Part shown: piece by piece, positions 38,753-49,733 of the stretch
Layout of the letters: every line of letters begins with the position of its first letter
Numbering within the stretch: the first letter of the stretch is position 1
DNA from: Longimicrobiales bacterium
GTDB taxonomy: Bacteria > Gemmatimonadota > Gemmatimonadetes > Longimicrobiales > Gaopeijiaceae
Reading direction: 5' to 3'
Assembly: GCA_965249725.1 (NCBI GenBank)
Contig: CBDFMQ010000002.1
Location: forward strand, 1,440,001-1,504,000
DNA length: 64,000 nucleotides
Made by a program: the position numbers and the translations under genes
Notes under the pieces: generated by a model
Seen by the model: the letters and a program-made list of their open reading frames with translations, nothing else
Told to the model about the DNA's origin: nothing
Database searches by the model: none

Positions 38753-40843
38753 TCAGCCCACAGAGAAAAGCTCCAGCCGTTCCGCATATCGGTCATCCAT
38801 GAGGTCACGGATGCGGGATACAGCGCCTCCCTCCAATTCCGGGTCGGCATCGACGAGCGAACGGGCTCGTGTCTGAGCCTCCACGAGCAGCCCCTCGTCG
38901 GTGGAGAGGTCCGCGAATCGGAGTATGGCATCACGACCGTGCTGCTGAGACCCGAAGAGATCTCCCTGCCCCCGAATCCGTAGGTCCGCCTGCGCCACCA
39001 GGAACCCGTCGGAGGTGTCCCTCAACACCTTCAACCTCTCCGCCGCCAGCTCACCGGGCTCGGCGACCAGGATGCAATAGCTCTTGGACGGCCCGCGCCC
39101 GACTCGCCCGCGGAGCTGGTGAAGCTGTGACAGCCCGAATCGCTCCGCGTGTTCCACGACCATCACGCTCGCGTTCGGAACGTCGATGCCCACCTCGATC
39201 ACCGTGGTCGCTACCAGCACATCCACCTCCCCCGCGAGGAAGGCCCGCATCACCCGGTCCTTTTCGTCGCTCGGCAACTGCCCGTGAATCAGCGCGACGC
39301 GCCGGTGCGGGAAGATCTTCGAGGCGAGCCGTGCGTGCTCCTCGGTCGCCGAGAGAAGATCCACTTTCTCGGACTCTTCCACGAGTGGATAAACCACATA
39401 GACCTGACGACCGGCCTCGAGTTCGGACTCGAGGAAACGGTATACGTCGTCTCGCTTGCTGGGATAGCGAACGAGCGTCTCCACCGGTTTCCGGCCGGGC
39501 GGCAGCTCGCCGAGAATCGAGAGGTCAAGATCACCATACATGGCCATCGCCATCGATCGCGGGATCGGTGTGGCCGACATGATCAGCGTGTCGGGTGGTA
39601 CCTCTCGATCCCGCAGCGCCATCCTCTGGCGCACTCCGAACCGGTGCTGTTCGTCCACGACGATCAGCCCGAGGTCAGCGTATTCGACGCCTTCCTGGAT
39701 CAGCGCGTGGGTGCCCACGATCAGCTGCGCGCTTCCGTCCTGAAGCGCGGCGAGCGTCGTCTTCCGCTCGGCGGCGCTGAGCTGTCCCGTGAGCAGGCGC
39801 ATCCGGAGGCCCAAGGGCCTCACCAACTCCTCCAACTTCCTGGCGTGTTGCTCGGCCAGCAGCTCGGTCGGTGCCATCAGGACCGCCTGGCGGCCCCCCT
39901 CCACCGCGAGCAGCATGGCGAAGAGCGCAACGATCGTCTTGCCCGACCCGACGTCGCCCTGGAGCATGCGGTTCATACGGCGGTTGGAACCCATGTCGCC
40001 GTAGATCTCCTTGAGAACACGGGCCTGGGCTTCGGTGAGGTCGAACGGGAGCGACTCGTGGAGAGGGCGGATGAGCTCGTTGGTGCGCTCGAAGACGATC
40101 CCGGGCGCCTGGACGGACTCCTGATACCGAACCTGGGCCTGGACCAGCTGGAGAAAGAAGAGCTCGTCGAAGGCCAACCGTCGTCGCGCCGCCTCCACGC
40201 TCCCTACGGACGCCGGGCGGTGGAGCACCTCCAGGGCCTCGCCTAGTCCGGGCAGACCGAGCCCGCCCAGATCCGCGTCGGTCAAATACTCCTCCTCGGG
40301 GACCTCACCCAGCAGCACGTCGAGGTTCTTCTCGAAGAGCCCCCTGAGCACCCATTGCGGCACCTCCTCGCTAGCCGGATACGTGACGAAGACGTGCCCC
40401 CCACCGCCTTCCGCGGGAGACTCGTCGCCGGCTCTCGCCAGGACGGTGAACTCACGAGGACGAAGCTGCCGACCGTGGAAGAACTTCACCGGGCCCGTCA
40501 CCAGGAGCAGGTCTCCCTCTTGGAGCTTCCGCTCCAGCCACGGCTGCCCCGGCCACGCGCACGTGATCATCCCGGAGTCGTCCTGGAGGACGGCTTGGAA
40601 GATGCGCAGCCCCCTCCGGGTGGGTAGAACACCCTTCGACCGCACCCGCCCCACCGCCGTAACGTCTTCTCCCACTGCGAGATCGGCGATCGGCTGTACG
40701 GTCGAGGCGTCATCGTAGCGGCGAGGTACATGGTACAGGAGGTCCCTTGCGGTGACGATCCCCATGCGGCCCAGGGCCTCGGCGCGGACCGGGCCGACAC
40801 CCTTCAGAAACTGGACGGGACGGCCCAGCTTGAAGAAGCTCAC
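38753..40843 (-). CDS. recG: ATP-dependent DNA helicase RecG
   Basis: LQGDVGSGKT, DEQHRFG, SATPIPR, TTVIEVGID, QLHQLRGRVGRG. Confidence 0.98.
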   Translation of the reverse strand: MSFFKLGRPVQFLKGVGPVRAEALGRMGIVTARDLLYHVPRRYDDASTVQPIADLAVGEDVTAVGRVRSKGVLPTRRGLRIFQAVLQDDSGMITCAWPGQPWLERKLQEGDLLLVTGPVKFFHGRQLRPREFTVLARAGDESPAEGGGGHVFVTYPASEEVPQWVLRGLFEKNLDVLLGEVPEEEYLTDADLGGLGLPGLGEALEVLHRPASVGSVEAARRRLAFDELFFLQLVQAQVRYQESVQAPGIVFERTNELIRPLHESLPFDLTEAQARVLKEIYGDMGSNRRMNRMLQGDVGSGKTIVALFAMLLAVEGGRQAVLMAPTELLAEQHARKLEELVRPLGLRMRLLTGQLSAAERKTTLAALQDGSAQLIVGTHALIQEGVEYADLGLIVVDEQHRFGVRQRMALRDREVPPDTLIMSATPIPRSMAMAMYGDLDLSILGELPPGRKPVETLVRYPSKRDDVYRFLESELEAGRQVYVVYPLVEESEKVDLLSATEEHARLASKIFPHRRVALIHGQLPSDEKDRVMRAFLAGEVDVLVATTVIEVGIDVPNASVMVVEHAERFGLSQLHQLRGRVGRGPSKSYCILVAEPGELAAERLKVLRDTSDGFLVAQADLRIRGQGDLFGSQQHGRDAILRFADLSTDEGLLVEAQTRARSLVDADPELEGGAVSRIRDLMDDRYAERLELFSVG

Positions 40844-41763
40844 TCCTCGAACACCCCTTCGATGAAGTCGTCCGGATCAAATGCCTCGAGGTCGTCGATC
40901 CCCTCCCCCAGGCCCACGAGCTTGACCGGCAACCCGAACTCCTGCTGCAGTCCGACCACGATTCCGCCCCGCGCGGAGCTGTCCAGCTTGGCCAGAATGA
41001 TGCCCGTCAGGCCGACCGCTTCGCCAAAAGCACGCACCTGTGACACGGCGTTCTGGCCCACGGTCGCGTCCAGCACGATAAGGCACTCATGTGGTGCTCC
41101 CTCACAGCGGCGCTTCACCACACGATCCACCTTCACCAACTCCTCCATCAGACCTCTCTGAGTGTGGAGCCGACCCGCAGTATCCACCAGCACCACGTCG
41201 ATTCCCCTCGCCTCGGCGGCTTCGATCGCATCGAAGGCGACGGCGGCCGGATCGCCACCCTGCTGGCCGGCGACGAAGTCCACGCCGATCCGCTCCGACC
41301 ACTGGCGAAGCTGCTCCACCGCCCCGGCCCGGAAGGTATCGGCAGCGGCCACCAGCACGCTCTTGCCCTCTTTCTTGATCCAATGAGCCAGCTTCGCAAC
41401 CGACGTCGTCTTGCCGACTCCGTTGACCCCGACGACCAGATAGACCGTGGGCCCCAACTCCGCGGCGTGAAGGTAGGACTCGCTTGCCGGCTCCAGGATC
41501 CGCGACATCTCACCCTGAAGCGCCGCTCGCAGTTCCTTGCCGCCTTTGACCTTCCCCCGCCGAGCCAACCCGTCGACATGGTCCACGAGCCGCATCGTAG
41601 CGTCGACCCCGAAATCGGAGGCGAGGAGGCGCTCCTCGAGGGACTCCAGAGAGTCGTGGTCCATCCCCCCCACGGCGACCCGAACATCGGTGAGGGCGAG
41701 GTCGACCGCCCTCCGCCACAACCCCTTCTTGCGCTCCGGCTTTCGCTTGAACAGTCGAGCCAT
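40840..41763 (-). CDS. ftsY: SRP receptor FtsY (no acidic N-domain)
   Basis: GVNGVGKTT, DTFRAGA, DTAGR, KLDSSARGG. Confidence 0.97.
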   Translation of the reverse strand: MARLFKRKPERKKGLWRRAVDLALTDVRVAVGGMDHDSLESLEERLLASDFGVDATMRLVDHVDGLARRGKVKGGKELRAALQGEMSRILEPASESYLHAAELGPTVYLVVGVNGVGKTTSVAKLAHWIKKEGKSVLVAAADTFRAGAVEQLRQWSERIGVDFVAGQQGGDPAAVAFDAIEAAEARGIDVVLVDTAGRLHTQRGLMEELVKVDRVVKRRCEGAPHECLIVLDATVGQNAVSQVRAFGEAVGLTGIILAKLDSSARGGIVVGLQQEFGLPVKLVGLGEGIDDLEAFDPDDFIEGVFEE

Positions 41764-41817
41764 GCCTACGGTTCTATTGAAGGAGTCCAGTGGTTCGAGC
41801 CGCGAGCGCCGAGGGAG

Positions 41818-43794
41818 CTATCGAAGCCCCCACTGCCGGCGTCCGACCCACTCCGCACACAGGAGGACCATGATCAGGACGTACGGGAACGGACTGGTCC
41901 TGAAGGGCCGGCCCGGGCGTCGACCCCGCGCGGCTGCAGCCTCACCGTCCTCGGCGAGCCCCGCGGTAAGCTGGGCTGGTTGCCGGAGCAACTCGAGGCT
42001 GTGTCGCTCGAACTCCACCCGGCCACTTCCGATGGAGTCACCCGTGAGGGCAGCGGCGGCCCTATATGTGTATTGCCCCGCAGGAAGCCGTCGAGTACGA
42101 ACCTCACCTGATCCGTCCACGATCACGGTCGTGTCCATGACCACCGAATCGCCGGCCGACAGGGTCAGGACGACGGAGTCACCAATCATGGCGGGCGCCC
42201 TCCATGGCAGTTCCTCCGAGATGCTCACCGCCCGGGAGGCGGGGCGGATCCCGGCACCCTCCTCGACGAGAGTGGAAGCCAGAAGCCATCCCACGACACC
42301 TGCCCACAACCGTCGGTACGCCTGTCGGTCGGGTCCCTCACGAAACGCCCAACGCCAGAAGCCCGAAGCCAGCATCACGGCCTGTCGCCGGCCCTGATCC
42401 TCCCGGAGCACCAGAGCCGCTTGGGCCGCCCCACTACCCTGGAGTTGGAGCTGCAACGGACCGCTCGCGGACTCCGGCCCCACCCTTGGAAGCACTTGCG
42501 TGAGTGGTGGCAATCCGGTCAGGTCGGCCCCGGCCAGGCTGGCTGCCAATGGAGACGGGAGAAGGTCCGGTACAGAATACCACTCCCCCAGCAGGGCGGG
42601 GCCGGCTCGCACGCCGGCCGCCGCTGCCCCTCCCGGACCGGCCGGGAACAGCAAGGTACGGGGGCTTTCCGCGATGGCTTCCAGCACCCACGCCGGCGGA
42701 TCGCGGCCTACGCCGTGGAAGACCAGAAAGTCCGCCCCCTCAGCCGCACGGCGCACGTCAGCCTCGTCCGCCGATCCTCCCGCCTCGGCCCCGGAGCCCA
42801 GCCTCAAATACCGCGCGTCACCCATAGCCAGATACCCTCGCGTATCGAGGCCCGTCACCTGTGAGAGCACCGGCAGCAGGAAACGGGGCTCCCAGTCGGG
42901 CGAGAGTGACACGAGGACCAGCCCCCCCTCCTCCGGATCGACCTCGACGTATGCCGCCTTGGTATCGTCCCCCGAGAACTCGTCTCCGGGCAGCTCGGCC
43001 GAGAGGCGATATCGGACCCACCCCGAGGCACGGGGGGCAGGCAGGTCGATGGAGGCCGTGGCGAGACGTCCGAAGCCGGCGGGTACGACGTCGCTCGACG
43101 CAACGAGTCGGTCTTCTTCGAAGATCTGCAGCCGGATACTGTCGCCGTCTACCGTCTCCTCAGTGAAGACCGCCACTTCCACAACCAAGTCGTCCCCGGA
43201 CTCGGCCCTACCGGGCAGCTCGAACCGAGATACACCCACGTTCCGGATCCCGGCTCCCTCACCTTCACTCTGGATATCGAGGAGGAGGCGCTCGGCCGTC
43301 AGGTTGGCTTCGACCGGATCATCCAACCGCAGATCCGAGAGCACGGTCACGACTACGGCGCCCGACTCCGCCACGCGGGCCAACGCGGGTGCAAGGCGGG
43401 ACGTGCCCTCGGTCGGGATCAGAGCGTCGAGAGAGTCGGCTGGCACCACCCTCGGAGTTCCCCCGAACACCAGGACGCGTGCACCGTCGGCCGCCAGCTC
43501 CCCGGCCCGTGCCAGCGCCGCGGTCCAGGCTGCTTCTCCTCCCTCCCCATTCGCTTCCATGCTCGCCGACCCGTCGAGAAGCACCCAGTGGTCCTCTCCC
43601 CCGAACGCCCCGGCCCGGCTACCGGGCAGACGGGGATCCCACAGGAGCAACAGCACCAAGACGAGAATCACACCACGGGCGATGCCCAGGACCCTTCGGC
43701 CTGGAATGGGGAGTTCGCGCCGATAGTAGATCCATGCGGAGAATGCAGCGGCAGAAACGGCCAGGGCTCCGAAGATGAGCCAGGAAAGGATCAC
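41818..43794 (-). CDS. Hypothetical membrane protein with vWA-like domain
   Basis: Two N-terminal TMs, MIDAS-like LLDGSASM...VLSD, C-terminal TM LCAEWVGRR; GTGA overlap with the M23 gene stop. Confidence 0.7.
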   Translation of the reverse strand: MILSWLIFGALAVSAAAFSAWIYYRRELPIPGRRVLGIARGVILVLVLLLLWDPRLPGSRAGAFGGEDHWVLLDGSASMEANGEGGEAAWTAALARAGELAADGARVLVFGGTPRVVPADSLDALIPTEGTSRLAPALARVAESGAVVVTVLSDLRLDDPVEANLTAERLLLDIQSEGEGAGIRNVGVSRFELPGRAESGDDLVVEVAVFTEETVDGDSIRLQIFEEDRLVASSDVVPAGFGRLATASIDLPAPRASGWVRYRLSAELPGDEFSGDDTKAAYVEVDPEEGGLVLVSLSPDWEPRFLLPVLSQVTGLDTRGYLAMGDARYLRLGSGAEAGGSADEADVRRAAEGADFLVFHGVGRDPPAWVLEAIAESPRTLLFPAGPGGAAAAGVRAGPALLGEWYSVPDLLPSPLAASLAGADLTGLPPLTQVLPRVGPESASGPLQLQLQGSGAAQAALVLREDQGRRQAVMLASGFWRWAFREGPDRQAYRRLWAGVVGWLLASTLVEEGAGIRPASRAVSISEELPWRAPAMIGDSVVLTLSAGDSVVMDTTVIVDGSGEVRTRRLPAGQYTYRAAAALTGDSIGSGRVEFERHSLELLRQPAQLTAGLAEDGEAAAARGRRPGRPFRTSPFPYVLIMVLLCAEWVGRRQWGLR

Positions 43795-45104
43795 CGCGCT
43801 CCCGCATCCGACTCGACACCATCGCCGACCTTTACGGCGAGATCGACGTCCCACGGCAGCGGCAGCCGATCGAGCAGAGCCAGACGCTCGCCACTCCGGG
43901 CGGTCCAGAGGTCCCACTGGTCTGTCGGCACCGGGTCACCCGCCGGAAGATCGACGGACAGCGGATCCTTGGGGTTGCCGTGACTTCGCATCTCGTAGTG
44001 CAGATGAGGGCCATTGGCCAGGCCGGTCATGCCGACGTACCCGATGACATCCTCCTGCGCTACCCGGGTCCCCACCCTGAATCCCGCGGCGAAACGACTC
44101 ATGTGCGCGTACCGGGTCGTCCACCCGTTGGAGTGCTCGACGTAGATCACGTTTCCGTACGTGGCGTCGTTCCCCCGGCGCGTGACCACACCGTTACCGG
44201 TCGCCCGTATCGGCGTACCCGTGTTCGCGGCGAAGTCGACCCCGCGGTGGGCACGCCACTTCTTGAGGATGGGATGCAGCCGGCCACTGGAGAATCCACT
44301 CGAAATGCGATAACGCAGAGCGATGGGGCTCTTGAGGAAGGCCCGCCGAACCGAGTTGCCGTCCGGATCGTAGTAGGTGCCGGTTCCGTCGCCGTTCGGG
44401 TCGAACCAGAGAGCCTGGAGGCTCCGGCCGTGATTCACCAGCTCGGCAGACAGCACGTGTCCGGCACGCATGGTAGCGTCGGGGCGCACCTCACGTTCGA
44501 AGGCGAAGCGGTAGAAGTCCCCGGTTCGAATCTGGCGAAGAAAATCGACCTGCCACTGAAAGACCTTTTCCAGCTCGAGAATGAGCTCGGCACGGTCGTT
44601 CCGTACGACGCCGTCTAGGTCGTCGTTGCCGTAGACCGATTCCCAGAGGGATGACCGGATTTCTCCCGCCACCCAGACCGTGTCGGTGAGAACGGGGGTC
44701 TCCATGAGTTCGGAGTCCCATCCCAGGGACGTGGGGGCCAGACGCACGGTCTGATCTGCATTGATCTTGATGTCGACGGCACGGAGCGCGGGGGAGTCAC
44801 CCAGGAGCCAACGGAAGGCCACCTCCGTGCCCGGGCGCATGCGGCGCGGGCTGGCCTGCTCCTGGAGGGCGAGGATCAGCCCGGATTGGGCGTTGGCATC
44901 GAGCACACCCAGTAGGAGATCACCGAGGGTCTGGTCCTGTTCAAGGGACAGCACGTCCACACGCTCGGCAGGGGCTGCGTAGATGGGCTCCACCAGGGCC
45001 ACCGTCGGCACCTCTGCCCCTCTTCCGAGCAGGACGAAGCCAGCCCCGAGGGCCAGAAGCCCCACCAGGCTAGTGACTTGCCGTACAATTGAGCCCGAAC
45101 GCAC
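43791..45104 (-). CDS. M23 family peptidoglycan endopeptidase (MepM-like)
   Basis: N-terminal TM, HRGVDFAA, YAHMS, GPHLHYE. Confidence 0.92.
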   Translation of the reverse strand: MRSGSIVRQVTSLVGLLALGAGFVLLGRGAEVPTVALVEPIYAAPAERVDVLSLEQDQTLGDLLLGVLDANAQSGLILALQEQASPRRMRPGTEVAFRWLLGDSPALRAVDIKINADQTVRLAPTSLGWDSELMETPVLTDTVWVAGEIRSSLWESVYGNDDLDGVVRNDRAELILELEKVFQWQVDFLRQIRTGDFYRFAFEREVRPDATMRAGHVLSAELVNHGRSLQALWFDPNGDGTGTYYDPDGNSVRRAFLKSPIALRYRISSGFSSGRLHPILKKWRAHRGVDFAANTGTPIRATGNGVVTRRGNDATYGNVIYVEHSNGWTTRYAHMSRFAAGFRVGTRVAQEDVIGYVGMTGLANGPHLHYEMRSHGNPKDPLSVDLPAGDPVPTDQWDLWTARSGERLALLDRLPLPWDVDLAVKVGDGVESDAGAR

Positions 45105-45144
45105 CTCATCCCCTCGCTATTTGTTACGGCCCGAAAGCCGCTGC

Positions 45145-46305
45145 TCAGTCCATCTGCCGGCGGATGAAGGTCGGAATGTCCAACTCACCGATCTGCTCCC
45201 GCGTCACGACCCGCTCGGGAAGCCGCGGAAGCGGTACAACACCAACCGGGCTGCCACCGACGGCCGCCTGAAGCGGCTGCTCGACTACCTGCCGTTGGGG
45301 CTGCGGCTGTCCCATCGTCTGTCTTCCGAAGTCCGGACGGATCACATCGTCGAAGCCCGTGGCAATGACCGTGACCCGGATTTTCCTCTCCAACAGCGGA
45401 TCGTGCACCGCGCCGAAGATGATCTCCGCCTCGTCACCGGCCTCTTCTTGAATAATAGTCGATATCTGGTGGACCTCGTCAATGGCAAGATCCATGCCAC
45501 CGGTGATGTTGATCAACACACCCTGAGCCCCGTTGATCGACACATTGTCCAGCAATGGTGAAGAGACGGCTTCCTGGGCCGCTTCCTGAGCGCGGTTGTC
45601 TCCTTCGCCGAACCCGGAGCCCATCAGGGCCGGGCCGCGGCACGCCATGATGGTGCGCACATCGGCGAAATCGACGTTGACCTCTCCGGACACGCGGATC
45701 AGGTCGCTGATGCCCTGAGTAGCGTGCAGGAGCACCTCGTCGGCCTTCTTGAGGGCGTCTCGGAACGACGTGTCCTTCGCTACCACCGACATGAGGCGAT
45801 CGTTCGGGACGCAGATCATCGTATCGACGGTCCGGCGCAGCTCGGCGAGGCCCTGATCCGCCTGACGCTCGCGCTTCTTCCCCTCGAAGGAGAACGGCTT
45901 GGTGACGATCCCGATGGTGAGCGCCCCCATCTCCCGTGCAATCTCACCGATGATGGGTGCGGCACCCGTTCCGGTTCCCCCGCCCATGCCGGCGGTGATG
46001 AAGACCAGATCTGCTCCCTCTAGGACCTTACGGACCTCGTCGGCACTCTCGGCGACGGCTTGTCGGCCGATCTCCGGGCGGGCGCCTGCCCCGAGGCCGC
46101 GCGTCAGCTTCTTGCCCAACTGCATGGTCACCTGGGCACGGGAGCCCTTCAGGGCCTGCGCGTCGGTGTTGGCCGTGATGAACTCGACGCCTTCCAGGTC
46201 CTCGTCGACCATCCGGTTCACGGCGTTACCCCCAGCTCCCCCGACCCCGACCACCTTCATTCGGGCATTCTGGATTGGGGTGTCCTCGAATTCAAAAATC
46301 ATCAT
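45145..46305 (-). CDS. ftsZ: Cell division protein FtsZ
   Basis: GVGGAGGNAVN, GMGGGTGTG, NVDFAD, C-terminal LDIPTFIRRQ. Confidence 0.99.
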   Translation of the reverse strand: MMIFEFEDTPIQNARMKVVGVGGAGGNAVNRMVDEDLEGVEFITANTDAQALKGSRAQVTMQLGKKLTRGLGAGARPEIGRQAVAESADEVRKVLEGADLVFITAGMGGGTGTGAAPIIGEIAREMGALTIGIVTKPFSFEGKKRERQADQGLAELRRTVDTMICVPNDRLMSVVAKDTSFRDALKKADEVLLHATQGISDLIRVSGEVNVDFADVRTIMACRGPALMGSGFGEGDNRAQEAAQEAVSSPLLDNVSINGAQGVLINITGGMDLAIDEVHQISTIIQEEAGDEAEIIFGAVHDPLLERKIRVTVIATGFDDVIRPDFGRQTMGQPQPQRQVVEQPLQAAVGGSPVGVVPLPRLPERVVTREQIGELDIPTFIRRQMD

Positions 46306-46348
46306 CAGTTGACTCCCGTACGGGGGTTGATTGTACTCGTTCAAATCC

Positions 46349-47578
46349 CTAGAAGAACTCTCTGAGCCACGACCCGACCTTCGAAACCAGGCCGGACGTA
46401 AGCGTTGACGCACCCTCTCCCGTCTGCTCGAAGCGATCGGCTCCGTACAGAACGAGACCCGCCGCTGTGGCGAGCTTCGGGCGACCTACCGAATCGGCCA
46501 GGCCTCCCAGGCCCTCTCCGGGGGCACCACACCGGACCGGAGCGGCGAACACCTGTCGCGCCAACTCCGCGGTCCCGTAGAGCGCCGAGGCATCGCCTGT
46601 CAGCACGATGCCGGCTCCCAGCTTGTTCAGCAGTCCGTGCTGCTCCAGCTCGCTCTGGATCATCCCGAACATCTCGTCGAGCCGCTGCTCGACCACATGC
46701 GCGATAAGCTCCCGGGCCACGTGCCTCTTCTGTCCCGGGCTCGGTCCAGGCAGCTCGACGGTCTCCTGCGGATCCACCATCTGCGCGAAGGCCACGGCGA
46801 AGTGTTCCTTGGCCTTCTTGGCCTCCGCGAAGGGGATCGACAGGCCCCTCACCAGGTCGTTCGTCACCGTGCTCCCGCCCATGGGCAGGACGGCCACGTG
46901 ATGGATCTCGCCATTGTAGTAGGCCGCCAGGTCCGTGGTGCAGGCACCCATGTCGACCATGGCGACTCCGACTTCCTTTTCGTCTTCGGTCAGTACCGCC
47001 CGTGCCGCGGCCAGCGGCTCCAGCACCAACTCCTGCACGCGATACCCGGCCCTCTGCACGGACTTCCTGATGTTCTCGGCGGCAGAAGCGGACCCGGTCA
47101 CCAGGTAGACCTCAGCCTCCAAGCGAGTGCCCACCATGCCGATCGGGTCCTTGATACCACGCTGGTGATCGACGATGTAGTCCTGCGGGATGGCGTGAAG
47201 CAGTTCCCGATCGGGTGGATGTGCGACGGCCCGGGCCACTTCGTGGACCCGCTGCAGATCGAAGCGGGAGACCTCGTCTTCGGTCACGGCGACGACTCCC
47301 GGAGAGGTCATGGCTCTGATGTGCTCCCCGCTGATGCCGACGTAGACCCGATCGACATTCACGCCGGCCATGAGCTCGGCCTCTTCGAGAGCCGCTTTGA
47401 CGGACTCCGTGGTCTCTTCGGTGTGGGTGACGACCTGGCGCATGCCCGTGCTCTTGGCCTGCCCCACACCGAGAATCTTCAGCTCCCGCCGCATGAACGG
47501 GTCCTCATGGACCTCTGCGATGACCGCGCAGGTCTTCGTCGTCCCGAGGTCGACACCGGCGATGAGGATCGAATGCAT
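46349..47578 (-). CDS. ftsA: Cell division protein FtsA
   Basis: DLGTTK, EPLAAA, VDMGA, GIVLTG, C-terminal amphipathic WLREFF. Confidence 0.97.
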   Translation of the reverse strand: MHSILIAGVDLGTTKTCAVIAEVHEDPFMRRELKILGVGQAKSTGMRQVVTHTEETTESVKAALEEAELMAGVNVDRVYVGISGEHIRAMTSPGVVAVTEDEVSRFDLQRVHEVARAVAHPPDRELLHAIPQDYIVDHQRGIKDPIGMVGTRLEAEVYLVTGSASAAENIRKSVQRAGYRVQELVLEPLAAARAVLTEDEKEVGVAMVDMGACTTDLAAYYNGEIHHVAVLPMGGSTVTNDLVRGLSIPFAEAKKAKEHFAVAFAQMVDPQETVELPGPSPGQKRHVARELIAHVVEQRLDEMFGMIQSELEQHGLLNKLGAGIVLTGDASALYGTAELARQVFAAPVRCGAPGEGLGGLADSVGRPKLATAAGLVLYGADRFEQTGEGASTLTSGLVSKVGSWLREFF

Positions 47579-47581
47579 CTA

Positions 47582-48310
47582 CTACTCGCTCCGTCGTTGA
47601 TAAGAGACCACCACCTGGTCCGCATAGCGGAGATCCACGATTGCGGCCCGCTGGTCCGGTCGACGCCGCTCGGCGTCTTGGAGAACCGTGAGTCCGTCCC
47701 GCAGCCGGCGATGGGACAGCGGCGGACGGAATCGGACTCGCACGTCCCCCTCCACCACGACCGTCGCGTCACCCTTGTCGTCCAGCGCGAGCTCGGAGAC
47801 GGCGGCCATGAAGGACGGGTCGTCGGCCGTGAGGCGCTCCACCTCCATGGCCAGGATCCGCAGCTGCGGAGTCGTGAGCCCTTCCAGCCCGTGATCAGCC
47901 CGCAGGAGGGGCAGGTCGAGCCGATGTTCACTCGGGTCCAACGGCAGCACCTGGCCGTCCCTGTCCACAGGGTCCAGGAGCGTGTTGAGAACCAGGGCGA
48001 CGGGCACCCTCTCCTCGACCGTGACGATCAACGTCGCGGGGAGATCTCCGGTGATCTTGGCGCGGCGGATGAGCGGGTGCTCTTCGAGGCGACGCTCCCA
48101 TGCATCCGCGGCATCGAAGACACTGGCGTAGAGCGGCACGGAGGCCGTCTCGATGATCTCCTCCACATCGACGATGCGGGCTCCGACCACGCTGAAGTCG
48201 GTCACTCGGAAGTACTCGAGCTCTGCGAGTGCATCGGGAAGCCACGCGGCGGCGAGGGCCACCCCGCCGGCCACCGCGAGCCAGAGTCCGATACGGAGCA
48301 CCTTACGCAT
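47582..48310 (-). CDS. ftsQ: Cell division protein FtsQ
   Basis: Single TM, POTRA VEERVPVA, C-terminal DLRYADQVVV; dcw position. Confidence 0.92.
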   Translation of the reverse strand: MRKVLRIGLWLAVAGGVALAAAWLPDALAELEYFRVTDFSVVGARIVDVEEIIETASVPLYASVFDAADAWERRLEEHPLIRRAKITGDLPATLIVTVEERVPVALVLNTLLDPVDRDGQVLPLDPSEHRLDLPLLRADHGLEGLTTPQLRILAMEVERLTADDPSFMAAVSELALDDKGDATVVVEGDVRVRFRPPLSHRRLRDGLTVLQDAERRRPDQRAAIVDLRYADQVVVSYQRRSE

Positions 48311-49733
48311 GATCCGCCTCCCCGAGGAGCTCGAAGACGCGGGGAGCGATGACCTCGACGGATCCCGCTCCCATGGTCAACAGCAGGTCCCCCGGCACCA
48401 GGCTCTCAGCCACGGCTTCCGCGAGCGTGTCCAGGTCCGCGTGATAGCGCACGACGCCACCCGACTGCTCGACCGCGTCCGATACGAGGACGCCGGTAAC
48501 CCCGGCGATCGGCGCCTCTCGGGCTGGGAAGACGTCTGTAACCCAGACGGCGTCCGCACCTGCCAGAGCGCGACCGAAGTCCTCTGCGAAGTCCCTCGTT
48601 CGGCTGAATAGGTGCGGCTGAAAGACGGCCACCACCCGGCGGTCGGGATGAGCTTCGCGGGCGGCCTCGAGCGTGGCCGAGATCTCTGAGGGGTGGTGTG
48701 CGTAGTCGTCCACCACCAGAACGTCGTTCTCGAGCCCAACCGTCTCGAAGCGACGATCCACGCCTCGGTACGCGGCCATCCCCCTTCGCACGTCTTCCCA
48801 TTCCACCCCGAAGCAGCGAGCGGCGCCTGATGCGCCCAGAGCGTTCCTCAGATTGTGCACGCCAGGGGCCGGAAGCCTGAAGGTCCCCCGATCGTGACCG
48901 TCTTCGATGATCCGAAAATCCATGCCGTCGGGACCGGCCTGGATGTCCACGGCCCGAAGCTGAGACCCAGCGGAGGTGCCGTAGGTGTACCCGAACCCGT
49001 TGAGGCCGGCCAGGAGTCGACTCGCGCCATGATCGTCTGCGCAGATCATGACCCGCCCGTTGTCCGGGAGGCCTTCGAGGAACTCATAGAACGCTCCCAT
49101 GACACCGTCGAACCCACCGTACGTGTCGAGATGGTCCGCCTCGACGTTGGTCACCACGGCCACCATAGGTTCGAGCTCGAGGAAGGACCGATCGTACTCG
49201 TCCGCCTCGACCACATAGAGGTCACCGCCCGAGCGCAGGTTGCCGTCCCACCCGGGAACCCGCCCGCCGACGAAGCCCGTGGGGTCGAGTCCAGCCTCCG
49301 TGAGGATCTCGGTGGCCATCGCCGTGGTCGAGGTCTTGCCGTGCGTCCCGGCGATGGCGAGGACCCGGCCTTCATTCACCCAGCGGCCCAGCGCCTCGGC
49401 TCTCTTCAGCACGGGGATACCGCGGGCGTACGCCTCCAGGATCTCGGGATGATCCGGGGACACCGCGGCGCTGATCACCAGCGCGCCCGCGCCCTCCAGG
49501 TGCTCTGGAGCGTGACCTTCGTAAATGGTCACGCCCATGGCCTGCAGCCGATCCGTGCTCGATCCGCGCCGGAGATCGCAACCGGAAACGTGGCCTCCGC
49601 TCCGAGCGAACAGTTCCGCCAACGCACACATGCCGGCGCCACCCACGCCCATGAAGTGCACGTGTTCCTCGCGGGCGAGCCGTCGCAGCTCGGCTCCACT
49701 CACGGAAGCATTGGCACGGTCGAGGGTCATCAT
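48303..49733 (-). CDS. murC: UDP-N-acetylmuramate--L-alanine ligase
   Basis: HFMGVGGAGM, AGTHGKTST, EADEYD, DDYAHHP, FQPH, MGAG. Confidence 0.97.
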   Translation of the reverse strand: MMTLDRANASVSGAELRRLAREEHVHFMGVGGAGMCALAELFARSGGHVSGCDLRRGSSTDRLQAMGVTIYEGHAPEHLEGAGALVISAAVSPDHPEILEAYARGIPVLKRAEALGRWVNEGRVLAIAGTHGKTSTTAMATEILTEAGLDPTGFVGGRVPGWDGNLRSGGDLYVVEADEYDRSFLELEPMVAVVTNVEADHLDTYGGFDGVMGAFYEFLEGLPDNGRVMICADDHGASRLLAGLNGFGYTYGTSAGSQLRAVDIQAGPDGMDFRIIEDGHDRGTFRLPAPGVHNLRNALGASGAARCFGVEWEDVRRGMAAYRGVDRRFETVGLENDVLVVDDYAHHPSEISATLEAAREAHPDRRVVAVFQPHLFSRTRDFAEDFGRALAGADAVWVTDVFPAREAPIAGVTGVLVSDAVEQSGGVVRYHADLDTLAEAVAESLVPGDLLLTMGAGSVEVIAPRVFELLGEADHA